This document shows positions 24,686 to 38,201 of a stretch of DNA of 64,000 bases, piece after piece. The stretch is taken from NCBI GenBank assembly GCA_051362555.1, contig JBPQGU010000016.1, positions 806,001 through 870,000 on the forward strand, given 5' to 3'. The stretch comes from Lingula anatina. Lineage: Eukaryota > Animalia > Brachiopoda. The translations under genes were made by a program, and so were the position numbers. Each line of letters starts with the position of its first letter. Within the stretch, counting starts at the first letter, position 1. Under the pieces are notes generated by a model. That model did not search any database. It was not told the DNA's origin and saw only the letters and a list, made by a program, of their open reading frames with translations.

Positions 24686-27035
24686 GCACTTTTAATGATA
24701 ACACGATAAGTGGAAAACTGTTTTTTCTTTTGGCTTGAAACTTACAGAACTAATGAATATTCATAATACGCAGGTCAAGTTCGAAAATCAGCATGATCGG
24801 GTCACTTATAGGGAATTTATGCTGTTTTTTCACTTTTTTCAGCATAAATGAAGCACCGATAACACGATAAGTGGAAAACTGTTTTACTTTTTGGCTTGAA
24901 ACTTACAGAACTGATGAATATTCATAAGACGCAGGTCAAGTTCGAAAATCAGCGTGATTGGGTCATTTTTAATGAATTTAAGCTATTTTTCTCTTTTTTC
25001 AGCATAAATGCAGCACCGATAACATGATAAGTGGAAAACCATTTTACTTTTTGGCTTGAAACTTACAGAACTGATAAATATTCATAATACGCAGGTCAAG
25101 TTCGAAAATCGGCATGATTGGGTCATTTTTTAGTGAATTTAGGCTATTTTTTCTCTTTTTTCAGCATATATATACAGCACCGATAACACGATAACTGGAA
25201 AACCGTTTTGGCTTTTGGCTTGAAACTTAGAGAACTGATAAATATTTATAATACGCAGGTCAAGTTCGAAAATCAGCATGATCGGGTGACTTGTAGGGAA
25301 GTTATGCTGTTTTTATGTACAGACACAGATGTGTCTGTACATATAGCCATCATCTGCGTCTGTCGTCGCCGTCGCCGTCGTCGCTGTCGTCGCCGTCGCC
25401 GTCGCCATGCACTTTTACCGATAACACGATAAGTGGAAAACCATTCTACCTTTTGACTTGAAACTTACAGATCTGATGAATATTCATAATACGCAGGTCA
25501 AGTTCGAAAATCAGCATGATCAGGTTACTTTTAGGGAATTTATGCTGTTTTTTCACTTTTTTCAGCATATATGCAGCACCGATAACACGATTAGTGGAAA
25601 ACCATTTTACCTTTTGACTTGAAACTTACAGAACTGATGAATATTCATAATACGCAGGTCAAGTTCGAAAATCAGCATGATCGGGTTACTTTTAGGTAAT
25701 TTATGCTGTTTTTTCACTATTTTCAATATAAATGCAACACTGATAACACAATATAAGAAAAACGGATTGGCCAATTGTAATTATACTCACAGGAGTGGTC
25801 AATCTTACTAAAACGCAGGTTGAGTTCGAAAATAAGCATAATCGGGCCATTACTGTTATACTGTTTTTTCACATTTCCTCAGATTCAATTATTAGGCATG
25901 TTAACAGTCTCATTATTTAACTAATAAGATGCCTTTAAGTGTTTGTTTGATATTTCCTGCATCTTTACAACATTGTTAGTTGATTATGTAAAAAACATGG
26001 TAAACTTGTTATCATGTATTGTGTAATAAAGTGTCAAAAATGGAAATAAACTCATATCATTGCAGTTTGTCAGATTCAATCATCCACTTTGTTCAGAATC
26101 TCAGAATGGAGGAAATTGGACATATAACACTGTTCTATTGATACTTTTCCCATCTCATCAATTTTCTTAGTTGGACATATAAAAATGGCAGTAAAATGTT
26201 TATTTTGTTTTATGTTAAAAAAGTGTTAAAAATGGAAATAAACCCATTTCAGGACAGTGCTGTCTTGTTTACATTTTGGCATTATCAAGGCGTGACTTTG
26301 AAGTTCCATGGGCCTGAAGACCTTTGCTAGTCACATTTTCTGAATATCTGTGATACAAATATTTTATAATTAAAAATTGATGGTCATTAAGCTGTTAAAC
26401 ATTATGTAATATTGCATCAAAATTTGAAGAAACCCCCATTTTGGGCACTGCTTCCTTGATGACCATTTAAGGAAAATCATGTCACTTACTGTTTTCAAAC
26501 TTACAGGATAGAAACATGGGACTAAAATACAGCTTCAGTAGGCAATGCAGTCTGTTTGTTTTTTGTTTTTTTTTTTGTTTTTTTCTTTTTTTTTGGCAGT
26601 TAAGCAGTTTTTTGTGAAAATTTAATTTTTCACATATTGGCATTTTCAAGGTACGTGTGACTTTAAAGTTCCATGATCTTGAAGACTTTTGCTTGTCACA
26701 TTTTCTGAATGTCCATGTTACTAATATTTTATCAATAACATTTGATTGTCATTATGCTGTTAAACATTATGCAATGTTGCATCAAAATTTGAAGAAACCC
26801 CTATTTTGGGCACTGCTCCTATGATGACCATTTTAGGGAAATCATGTCACTTACTGTTCTCAAACTTACAGGAAAGAAACATGGGTCTAACATACAGCTT
26901 CAATAGGCAACGCAGTCTGTTTGGTAAATTTTTCTGGCAATTTAACAGTTTTTTGTGAAAATTTAATTTTTCACTTATTTGCATCTTTATTTTCTGTTCT
27001 TTGTCTGTACATTTGACAGCTTTGCTGCCTTGTTT
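24581..27035 (+). mobile_element. DINE-1/Helentron-type non-autonomous element 1 with 161-bp core repeats
   Basis: 5' subTIR atgtacagaca plus inverted copy, (gtcgcc)n microsatellite, tandem 161-bp units, 3' subTIR tgtctgtacat (27002) and stem-loop gacagc-ttt-gctgcc; T-tract target; second head at about 25315. Confidence 0.8.
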
Positions 27036-30000
27036 ATTGGATTACCATGCGTGTATACATTATTGTTCGCCCACAGCTGTGGGGGATTCCCTCATGTACC
27101 CCTGCTCTTAATGATTGGATAGCCTTTGTTGTCATTTACGGTAGAACGGGTTTTGATCCTTCAAGGAAGGTAAGGCTTTTTATGTACAGACACAGATGTG
27201 TCTGTACATATAGCCATCATCTGCGTCTGTCGTCGCCGTCGTCGCTGTCATCGCCGTCGTCGCCGTTGCCGTCGCTGTGCACTTTTACCGATATCACGAT
27301 AAGTGGAAAACCATTTTACCTTTTGACTTGAAACTTGCAGAACTGATGAATATTCATAATACGCAGGTCAAGTTCGAAAATCAGCATGATCGGGTCACTT
27401 TTAGGGAATTTATGCTGTTTTTTCACTTTTTTCAGCATATATGCAGCACCGATAACACGATAAGTGGAAAACCATTTTACCTTTTGACTTGAAACTTACA
27501 GATCTGATGAATATTCATAATACGCAGGTCAAGTTCGAAAATCAGCATGATCGGGTTACTTTAAGGGAATTTATGCTGTTTTTTCACTTTTTTCATCATG
27601 TATGCAGCACCGATAACACGATAAGTGGAAACCCATTTTACCTTTTGACTTGAAACTTACAGAACTGATGAATATTCATAATACACAGGTCAAGTTCGAA
27701 AATCAGCATGATCGGGTCACTTTTAGGTAATTTATGCTGTTTTTTCACTATTTTCAATATAAATGCAACACTGATAACACAATATAAGAAAAACGGATTG
27801 GCCAATTGTAATTATACTCACAGGAGTGGTCAATCTTACTAAAACGCAGGTTGAGTTCGAAAATAAGCATAATCGGGCCATTACTTAAAAGTTATACTGT
27901 TTTTTCACATTTCCTCAGATTCAATTATTAGGCATGTTAACAGTCTCATTATTTAACTAATAAGATGCCTAAAAGTGTTTGCTTGATATTTCCTGCATCT
28001 TTACAACATTGTTAGTTGATTATGTAAAAAACATGGTAAACTTGTTATCATGTATTGTGTAATAAAGTGTCAAAAATGGAAATAAACTCATATCATTGCA
28101 GTTTGTCAGATTCAATCATCCACTATGTTCAGAATCTCAGAATGGAGGAAATTGGACATTTAACACTGTTCTATTGATACTTTTCCCATCTCATCAATTT
28201 TCTTAGTTGGACATATAAAAATGGCAGTAAAATGTTTATTTTGTTTTATGTTAAAAAAGTGTTAAAAATGGAAATAAACCCATTTCAGAACAGTGCTGTC
28301 TTGTTTACATTTTGGCATTATCAAGGTGTGACTTTGAAGTTCCATGGGCCTGAAGACCTTTGCTAGTCACATTTTCTGAATATCTGTGATACAAATATTT
28401 TATAATTAAAAATTGATGGTCATTAAGCTGTTAAACATTATGTAATATTGCATCAAAATTTGAAGAAACCCCCATTTTGGGCACTGCTTCCTTGATGACC
28501 ATTTAAGGAAAATCATGTCACTTACTGTTTTCAAACTTACAGGATAGAAACATGGGACTAAAATACAGCTTCAGTAGGCAATGCAGTCTGTTTGGTTTTT
28601 TTATGTACAGACACAGATGTGTCTGTGCATATAGCCATCATCTGCGTCTGTCGTCGCCGTCGCCGTCGTCGCCGTCGCCGTGCACTTTTACCGATAACAC
28701 GATAAGTGGAAAACCATTTTGCCTTTTGATTTGAAACTTGCAGAACTGATGAATATTCATAATACGCAGGTCAAGTTCGAAAATCAGCATGATCGGGTCA
28801 CTCTTAGGGAATTTATGCTGTTTTTTCACTTTTTTCAGCATATATGCAGCACCGATAACACGATAAGTGAAAAACCATTTTACCTTTTGGCTTGAAAGTT
28901 ACAGAACTGATGAATATTCATAATACACAGGTCAAGTTCGAAAATCAGCATGATCGGGTCATTTTAGGGAATTTATGCTGTTTTTTCACTTTTCAATATA
29001 AATGCAACACTGATAACACAATATAAGAAAAACGGATTGGCCAATTGGCATTATATTCACAGGAGTGGTTAATCTTACTAAAACGCAGGTCAAGTTCGAA
29101 AATCAGCATAATCGGGCCATTATTTTAGAAGTTATACTGTTTTTTCACATTTCCTCAGATTCAATTATTAGGCATGTTAACAGTCTCATTATTGAACTAA
29201 TTAGATGCGTAAAAGTGTTTGTTTGATATTTCCTGCATCTTTACAACATTGTTAGTTGATTATGTAAAAAAACATGGTAAACTTGTTATCATGTAAAGTG
29301 TCAAAAATGGAAATAAACTCATATCATTGCAGTTTGTCAGATTCAATCATCCACTATGTTCAGAATCTCAGAATGGAGGAAATTGGACATTTAACACTGT
29401 TCTATTGATACTTTTCCCATCTCATCAATTTTCTTAGTTGGTCATATAAAAATGGCAGTAAAATGTTTATTTTGTTTTATCTTAAAAAAGTGTTAAAAAT
29501 GGAAATAAACCCATTTCAGGACAGTGCTGTCTTGTTTACATTTTGGCATTTTTATGTACAGACACAGATGTGTCTGTACATATAGCCGTCATCTGCGTCT
29601 GTCGTCGCCGTCGTCGCCGTCGCCGTCATCGCCGTCGCCGTCATTGCCGTCGCCGTGCACTTTTACCGATAACACGATAAATGGAAAACTATTTTTTCTT
29701 TTGGTATGAAACTTACAGAACTGATGAATATTCATAATACGCAGGTCAAGTTCGAAAATCAGCATGATCGGGTCACTTTTAGGGAATTTATGCTGTTTTT
29801 TCACTTTTTTTCAGCATATATGCAGCACCGATAACACCATAAGTGGAAAACCAATTTACCTTTTGGTTTGAAACTTGCAGAACTGATAAATATTCATAAA
29901 TATTCATAAATATTCATAAGTCAAGTTCGAAAATCAGCATGATTCGATTATTGTTAGGGAATTTATGCTGTTTTTTCACTTTTTTCAGCATATATGCAGC

Positions 30001-30130
30001 ACTGATAACACAATAAGTGGAAAACTATTTTTTCATTTGGCTTGAAACTTACAGAACTAATGAATATTCATAATACGCAGGTCAAGTTTGAAAATCAGCA
30101 AGATCGGGCAATTTTTATGGAAGTTATCCT

Positions 30131-30161
<31 letters not shown>

Positions 30162-32983
30162 CAATTTTTTCAGCACTTTTATAACACGGATAACATGATA
30201 AGTGTAAAAATGTTTTTCCTTTCCTTGGATTGAAATTTACAGAACTGGTGAATATTTCTAATACGCAGGTCAAGTTTGAAAATGGGCATGATTGGACTAT
30301 TTTTACAAAAGTAATGCTGTTTTTTTCCCTTTATTCAGCATACATGCAACACTGATAACGCATTTTAAGGAAAACCAATCAGCCTTTTGTCTTGCAACTC
30401 ACAGGAGTGATCAATCTGACCAGTATACAGATCAAGTTTGAAAATAAGCTTGATCAGTTAAGTTTTGATGAAGTTATTAGCCTTTTTGTATATAAGTGGT
30501 TTTTCTTCAGATTTAATTCTTAAGCATGTTAACAGTCTCATAACGGTACTAATTGGATATGTTAAAGTGTTGTTTTAACATTTTCTGCTTCTTAACAATA
30601 TTGTTAGTTGATTATATAAAAATGACGGTAAACCTATTATCCTGCATTGTGTAATAAAGTATCAAAAATGGAAAGGAACTCATCATTGCAGTTCGTCAGA
30701 TTCAATCATTCACTATGTTCAGAATCTCCAAATGGAGCTAATTGGACATTATAAATTGTTCTATTGATATTTTTCCTATGTCAACAATTTTCCTAGTTGA
30801 TCATTTAAAAATGACAGTTAATTGATGATGGTTTTATGTAAAAAAGGTGTTGAAAATGGAAAGAAAATAATTTCAGTACAGTTATCTCTTGTTAACATTT
30901 TGGCATTTTGAAAGTGTGACCCTAACTTCCATGTCCTTGGAGACCTTTCCATATCACATTTTCTGAATATCCATGATACTTTTATTTTTTTATAAAAAAT
31001 TTGATGGTCATTATGCTGTTAAGTATTATGTTATATTGCATGAAAGTTAAAGAAAACCCTATTTTGGACACTGCTGCCAGGATAGCGATTAAGGGAAAAC
31101 CATGTTACTTATGATAATCAACCTTACTGAAAAGACTGAAGTGCAGCTTGTGTTGGAAAACCATCGTAATTGTTTTCTGTTTTGAAAGCAATGCAGTACA
31201 GTGCTAATTGGTGCAATAAATGTATATGGATAGTAGGCAGTTAATTCAGGGTTATAAAATAATTTGCCTAATTGATTTTCAAGTTATTTCAGGGTTATAA
31301 AATAATTTGCTTAATTAATTTTCAAGTGGGTATTAAATGAGATTACATAAACACACATTGAGATTTCATTGTAAAGTCCCATCGGTTTAGCTTTCTTAAC
31401 TGTGTCACATAATTAGGAATCGTTGATTATTATGCAGGTAAATGTTATTTAATATGGAAAATAAGTTTACAAAAAAAATTTTGTGTAACGCTTACATTAA
31501 TGCTAAAGATGAATAACAGTGCCTTATTATTCTCAAACTCAATAGGGTTATTCATATCATGTTAGTAATTGTACAGCTAGATTAAAAGTTTGAATAGCAG
31601 CTTTATTGGTATTTTTTGTTATGTTTTATTTTACATTTTCTTTTAATTTTTTAAGCTGTTTTTTCACTTTTTTCAACATATATGCAACATTAATAACACG
31701 ATATAAGAAAAACAGCTTAGCCAATTGTCATTATACTCACAGGAGTGGTCAATCTTACAAAAATGCAGGTTGAGTTCGAAAATAAGCGTTATCAGGCCAT
31801 TATTTTAGAAGTTGTACTTTTTTTTCACATTTCCTCAGATTCAATTCTTAGGCATGTTAACAGTCTCATTATTGAACTAATAAGATACGTAAAAGTGTTT
31901 GTTTGATATTTCCTGCATCTTTACAACATTGTTAGTTGATTATGTAAAAATGATGGTAAACTTGTTATCATGTATTGTGTAATCAAGTGTCCAAAACGGA
32001 AATAAACTCATATCATTGCAGTTTGTCAGATTCAATCATCCACATCTGCCATGATGACCATGATGGGAAAACCATATTACTTATGATTGTCAAACTTTCA
32101 AAAAAGAAACACAGGACTAAAATGCAGCCCAAGTTGGAAAAGCAGTCTAATGGGCTTCTTTTTCTGGAAGTTATACATTTTAGTGAAATATTCATTATCT
32201 TTTTGGCATATTCATTGTGGGACTCGGAGCTCCCATGGACATGAAGCCGGATGGTAATCAAATTTTCTACATGTTCATGCTATTTATAGTCAATAATCAA
32301 AAATTGGTGATAATTATTCTATAATTTATTATGTAATGTTACATCAAAATTGACAATAATCTTTTTGCACTGCTACTGCAAACATTATGAAAAGAAAACT
32401 GTGTTATTTATTATTATATTTAACTTACGAGTATGATTTTTAGGATTGGCATGCAGTTCAAATTAGAAAGCCAGGTCAATTGGGTTATCATTTATTATTG
32501 AATTTAATGCAATTTTGTGTGAAATTTCATTTTTCTCATTCTGGCACTTTCTAAGTATAAACTTGAACTCTGATGGGCCTGAAGCCTTATGCTTTTACTT
32601 TCGTCGGTGTTACCTGTTGTGCAAAATTAAAATTTGATGTTGACTGTGCAGTTAAACATAATGTATTATTGCATCAGAAGTGATAGTCTCCTATTTTGTG
32701 CATTATTGTTTTGTGCTCTTCTTAAGTTGTGAGTTATGGGCCTGAAAGACCTTTGAGAGGGTCAGTCTGTAAATTTCCCTTGGGTATCACTTCGCTAATT
32801 TCAGTTATAAAGTAATTTGCCTAATTGATAGGCTACATAAAGCACACTTGTGATTTGAGATTACATAAAGCACACTTGTTGATATTTCCCTGTAAACTCC
32901 CATAGGTTAAGCTCTCTGCTAGATTAATAATAAGGAAGCAGTGATAATTATGCAGGTAAATTTTGTTTAATATTGCAAATAAG

Positions 32984-32984
<1 letters not shown>

Positions 32985-33065
<81 letters not shown>
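32985..33065. repeat. (TA)n microsatellite
   Basis: Direct reading; shorter (TA)n tracts at about 24261-24322 and 42292-42352. Confidence 0.95.
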
Positions 33066-33067
<2 letters not shown>

Positions 33068-33112
33068 AACTGAAAGATTAAAAGTTTGAATAGCAGCTTC
33101 ATTGGAATTATA

Positions 33113-33297
33113 TTTACCTCTGCCAAGGAGGTTATATTTTCACCCCTGTTTGTCATCAACATAACTCAAAAAGTTATGGACCGATTTTGCTGAAATTTTC
33201 AGGAACTGTCAGAAATGGGCCAAAGAGGACAAAAATCAATAATAATCAACAATTGCTACCTTGGCAGAGGTCTGCACTCTCGGAGTGCTTTTCTAGT
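33113..33297 (-). mobile_element. Internally deleted inverted copy of the 6663-6960 element
   Basis: acctctgccaaggaggttat ... ccttggcagaggtctgcactctcggagtgcttttctagt. Confidence 0.7.
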
Positions 33298-34877
33298 TTT
33301 GTTATGTTTTCCTTTATAATTTTTTCTCAAACACTTGCATTTGTGACTTTTAACTCTCATCCGCCTGAGACTCTGACATTTCTGTATTTCCACATAAGCA
33401 GTTGTATTGTTTTTTATGTCTTTAAACATTATGTTACTTATGTAATATTATTTTATGCACTGTCATCATTTTTCAAATATTGAGACTTACATCATGTGAA
33501 TTTGAACTCTCATGGTCCTGAAACTGTAATCTTATTGAAAGGGTAGATTGAGACCATCTTCTGGGACTTCCGGAAGACAGTCAGGTTATTAAGTTTATAT
33601 TGCCTGGTATCTAATTCTTCTGTTGGAAGACCATCAAAATGGAGGATGGATCAAAATAGATACTTTGGAATACTGTCAGAGAATATCTCTGGTTCCGCTC
33701 ATGTTATTGACCATTTTACCTGTTGTGCAAGATTATAAAATTCAGTGTTGACTGATAGTGCTATTATAAGCATTATTTATTATTGCATCAAAATTAACAA
33801 AATGACCTTTTTTGCATCTTTATTTTCTGTTTTTTGTCTGTACATTTGACAGCTTTGCTGCCTTGTTTAAATTATTTAGGTACAATCTACTCACGAGTAA
33901 ATTAAGTGCAGCATTTTTGTACTCAACACTAATATTTTGTTTTGTGAAAGCCTGTACTTGTTAGTTCAATTACTCCCGCTCTACTTAATTTTTTCGCCCA
34001 ATATATTTCTGCTACATACAAATAAGCAAGGAAGTAGCATCTCTCGAGAAACTTTATGTTTTTTTAAGACGATGCACGGATTGTTTTAACACTTCCTTCT
34101 CTCCTCTCCCATCTGGATGCAGGGAACGACAGTGACATGAGGTACCAGGAAGCCCCTACCCCAAAAAAGCAATTCCCAATTTGTCCTGACATCTTTAACA
34201 TTTTTCTAACAACCTCGTGCACCAATACATACATGACAAAGTTTCAAGGGCAGAAATATGCTATGTAGTTTTGGCGGCTTTTTTCTTCTTTTGCTCCAAG
34301 CCTAGAATATACATGTATACGAGTATTTTATTTTAAAAAATCTTTGTTGAAGAAGTGTCTTAAACATAATAATTTCTTTCGTAAAAAAAAAAAAAAAAAA
34401 ATTAAAGTGAGAAATGTTTATATCAAATCTCTCTCTCCCATTGCTGAGCCGCTTTAGGTTAATCGAGGTGCATATTGTACTAATAAAGAATACTGTATTA
34501 ATACAGAACACTGGATACAAGAGTCGGCAAAGGCGAAAAGAAAGTGACGTTACAAAATATGCATCTATTTATGGCATCTACATATCAAAATTTATTTACT
34601 CAAAATAATTTATATTGTCACACAATTGTTACAAATATCCACACAGTTTTTTCGATCTGATCTACAATACGTAAGCCATAAGTGCATGTTACAAAACAGT
34701 TCAAAAACCAAAAACCTCAGCCACATAACTTCAGTCATCTCGTCTTCATCAGCTTGCTCAAGTGGTTTATTCACATCAAAAATTGCGTCGGAAAGACGAT
34801 TGCAGAACAGACAGTGTCCGTCTGGGTTCTCAGTCCACTTTATATACCCTCAACAGTTTAAAATCAAATCCAATCAG

Positions 34878-37800
34878 CTACATGAGTTCAGTCGTGTCAT
34901 CTTTCTCGGGTTGCACAAGTATATTATTCTCATCAAAGATGGCGTTGGAGAGGCGTTTCCAGAACAAACGTTGTCCATCGGGGTCCTCAGTCCACTTTAT
35001 ATACCCTCTAGCTCTAATGTACTTTCGCAGCGATTTCGTCATAGCATCAAATGGCACAGGTTGAAACATAACCGGGATTACTGATTGATAACCACGAGCA
35101 AGAGACATCTGAAACTCAAACTCACACCAAGGATTGAGCACGTAGCTCTCAGACAGAACAAGCACTGTTTTTCTGCTGTTTTCCACGGCCTCTACGATGG
35201 CCTCGAAAAGGGAAGCGCCACCAATGAAATTTCTTTGATCTATGATAACATCAAGTTGATCCACGTCTTCTAGATGATGCAACAGCACGTGCGTTACCCA
35301 GTAATAATCGTTGTCGTCATAGGAGGCGTACACGTGACCAGGTGGTGCAGCAATGACACCTCTCTTTCGAAAATGGCGGCGAAGAAGGAAGAAGTGGTAT
35401 CTATAAAATTGGGAGAAAAACAAAAACGTGATCGGTAATCATTACAAATATTTTACTGAAATGTCGCACTAAATGACATAGAAACACTTTAATACCCATT
35501 CAAACTATTGGGATTCACTTTCCTAATGTAGTCCAACTCCAATAGCGACAATTCAGTTGGTTAGTGCTTATATCTATGTATTCTATGAAAAGAAAGTTAG
35601 TCATGGTAAAAGATAATGTAAATATTTCATTGTCGCTGAGGTGCATTCGTTTCAACAATACAAGATAGCCACGAAAGTCTTTTGGTATTATGTCGATTTT
35701 GTTCACTGATAAATCGAGGATTTCTAAGTGTGGGAGTTGTATTGGATGTAGACCACCTTTAGCAATTGATAATTAGTTTTCAAAGGATAACCTACACTGT
35801 ATTTGATTTTAACTATTAGTATTAATATTCATTTTAATACTATATTTTCTAGATTCTATCACTATATTTAGTATATGTTGCAAAGAGAGCACAATGAACC
35901 CTTAGGACTATATATAATAGTTTTCCTGTGTTAAATTATTTTTATGCGCATTTTGATACATATTTAATCAATATAAAAATTGAACTTGTCTACATACACT
36001 CACAAGTTAACTCACTTGATATTCCAACGGTAAATGTAAGCTACTATAAATCCACAGGCAACAGCAAATATGACACCAAGAGATGCTACCAAGGAAAGCC
36101 ACTGGTTTGATGAAATGATCGTATGTGGAGAACTGTCGCATTCCCTATCAAGTCTACTCAGGCTGCTCTCTAAGCTTGTTTTAGATCCATTCACGTAGCA
36201 AGTGGAGTCGTTGGAGAATATTGTCGTCATGTTGGAATGGATAATCAAATGGAGGAATCCTATCCCGTCGCAAACGTTGCAGTCCATGGGATTGTTGCTC
36301 ATGTTCAAAGTTACATCCAAACTACTATCATTTATCTTCAAAATGTAATCCAACTGTGATATCGACAAGGCAGTTAGTTGGTTAGTGCTTATATCTATGT
36401 ATTCTATGGAAAGTAAGTTTGTAATAGTAAAAGATAATGTTGATATTCGATTGTCACTGATGTCCAGCCGTTTTAAGGATACAAGATAGCCAAAAAAGTC
36501 TTTTGGTATTGTGCTGATTTTGTTCACTGATAAATCGAGGATTTCTAAATGAGGGAGTTGTAATGGATTAAGACCACCTTCAGCTATCAAAGGTCCTAAA
36601 TTGTTTTCTTTCATATACAAGTATATCAGTGAGGTTAAATTATCAAAAAATGTTTTTGGAAGGAAGTTAACACCATTATAAGATAAATCCAGAAACTCTA
36701 GCCGATCTAATCCATAAAGTAAGGCACAAAAAGTTTTTAAATTCATGTCCTCTATTCTGAGATATCTGAGCTTGTTTGGAAACAAAAAAACGGACCCCTT
36801 AAAAGTATCACATGGTAAGATATTATTTCTATCTGTGGCCCACCAGCTTATAGACACGTATTCTAAATTTTCAGGCAGGTTTATTTTCAAAATTGGGAGC
36901 TCTAACCGAAAATTATGTGGGGCACTTCGAGTTGTTTGGGGGGTTGGGCTTACATACGAGTATTTAGCTGGTTCTAAAGGAAGCTTTGGACGGCCATACC
37001 AAAAAGAGTTTGATGGAATATCTTGAGGTGTCACCATTCTCCTGCCATAAACATTGTTGTCCACTCTAAAAAGTGTTAGGTTTGTATTTAACATCAGATC
37101 ACGAAATGTTTTATCGAAACCAAAGTCCTGTTTTCCATTTTCCAAAGTAAATAAAAGGTTGTTGCCAGACAAATCTACATATTCTAAATGAGGCAGAAAC
37201 TTAAATTTTTGAAGGTCAATCGCTTCTATTCTATTGCGCATTAATTCCAATGTCTTAAGTGATGTTTGTTTCAAACACTGAAAAGTATCAGCAAACACAA
37301 TCCACTGTGGAACATTTGGTTCCCCATTTCGCCATCCGAATATGTCGTACATGTGAAGAACTTCTATTGAGGTATTGTTCAGGTCACATATAATCTTCTC
37401 GGCCTCTGTGACTGACACAAAGTTGGCATATTCTATGTCCAATACTTTCAGATGTGGAAATGAAGACAATGTGCCATATTCTACGGTGTCCAGTCCACAG
37501 CTAATGAAAGCTAATCGTTCGATAGGACAGTTTTTCAACATGGCAAAAGTGTGCTTTCTTATGTTCGTTACAGATCCAACTCCATGAAACACCACTGTTT
37601 TCAGTGAAGTAAGATTGTTGTATCCGCGACCAAATGGTGGATTTCCATCCGGTAGACTTGGAAAGGTCACCTGTTGCAATTGGTGTAAGGGAGCTAAGGT
37701 TTGGTCTAAATAGCCTTGTTGAATCTGTGCACTGCTGCTCATTCTTCCGAACATCAGAACTTCTAACAAGATTAAATCACGAAACAAGTTCGTGGGGAAT

Positions 37801-38201
37801 GCTTCATAATCGAAGTTCATGTCCCAATGAAGTGGAGACAAATCTAAGAGTTCCAAATTCCATAAACCTGTAAAACTATCCTCGTGAAAGTGTTTTATGT
37901 TGTTCCCTCCGACATAAAGTGCTTTCAGTCCCTCCAGTTGGCTAAATGCGTGTGGTGGGATCTCAGACAGACCGGTATACCGTAGATCCAATACAGTTGT
38001 ATTACGTGGCATAGGTATATCCAGGGGCAGGGCACGGATTGGACTGTAAGAGCAGTTGAGAATCCAATGTGACCAGGACGTAAAATCACAGTGACATGGC
38101 GCCGGGCATCTCTGAGCCTTGAAACCTCCACAACTAACAATGAAATTTACCAAACACCACAGATACAGAATAAAGTAACCTTTTCCTGGCATCGTGGACA
38201 T
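34878..38201 (-). CDS. Toll-like receptor copy A (signal-LRRNT-LRRs-LRRCT-TM exon 38201-36016; TIR exon 35400-34878), 902 aa
   Basis: CPAPCHC cap, many LxxLxLxxN repeats, NNPMDC..C LRRCT, TM helix. Phase-2 intron AA|gtgag ... tag|A joins the TIR exon (ASY, DQRNFIGG, SRKTVLVLSESY, WCEFE, FWKRL). Confidence 0.93.
35540..35765 (-). pseudogene. Degenerate duplicate of the last LRRs inside the TLR intron (also about 60190-60418; split by the TIR element in copy B)
   Basis: GGLHPIQLPHLEILDLSVNKIDIIPKDFRGYLVLLKRMHLSDNEI... parallels the exon-1 LRRs. Confidence 0.8.

Larger units (their letters stand above)
27180..33868 (+). mobile_element. DINE-1/Helentron-type element 2 (three heads, long degenerate repeat body)
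   Basis: Heads at about 27182, 28603 and 29554; same 3' subTIR and hairpin at 33835-33862; empty site seen in the paralogous flank at 42721-42757. Confidence 0.78.

Noticed and set aside
25208-33483. Short ORFs in the repeat region
   Set aside because: Translations of Helentron heads and core repeats; no Rep or helicase motifs.
34626-35273. Plus-strand ORFs over TIR and LRR exons (also near 36745, 43413, 59279, 61398)
   Set aside because: Antisense shadows of TLR coding sequence, replicated by the duplication.
34878-35423. Stand-alone TIR-only genes as in the ORF track
   Set aside because: Canonical phase-2 splice sites join them in frame to the LRR-TM exon, and the listed starts are intronic or non-ATG.
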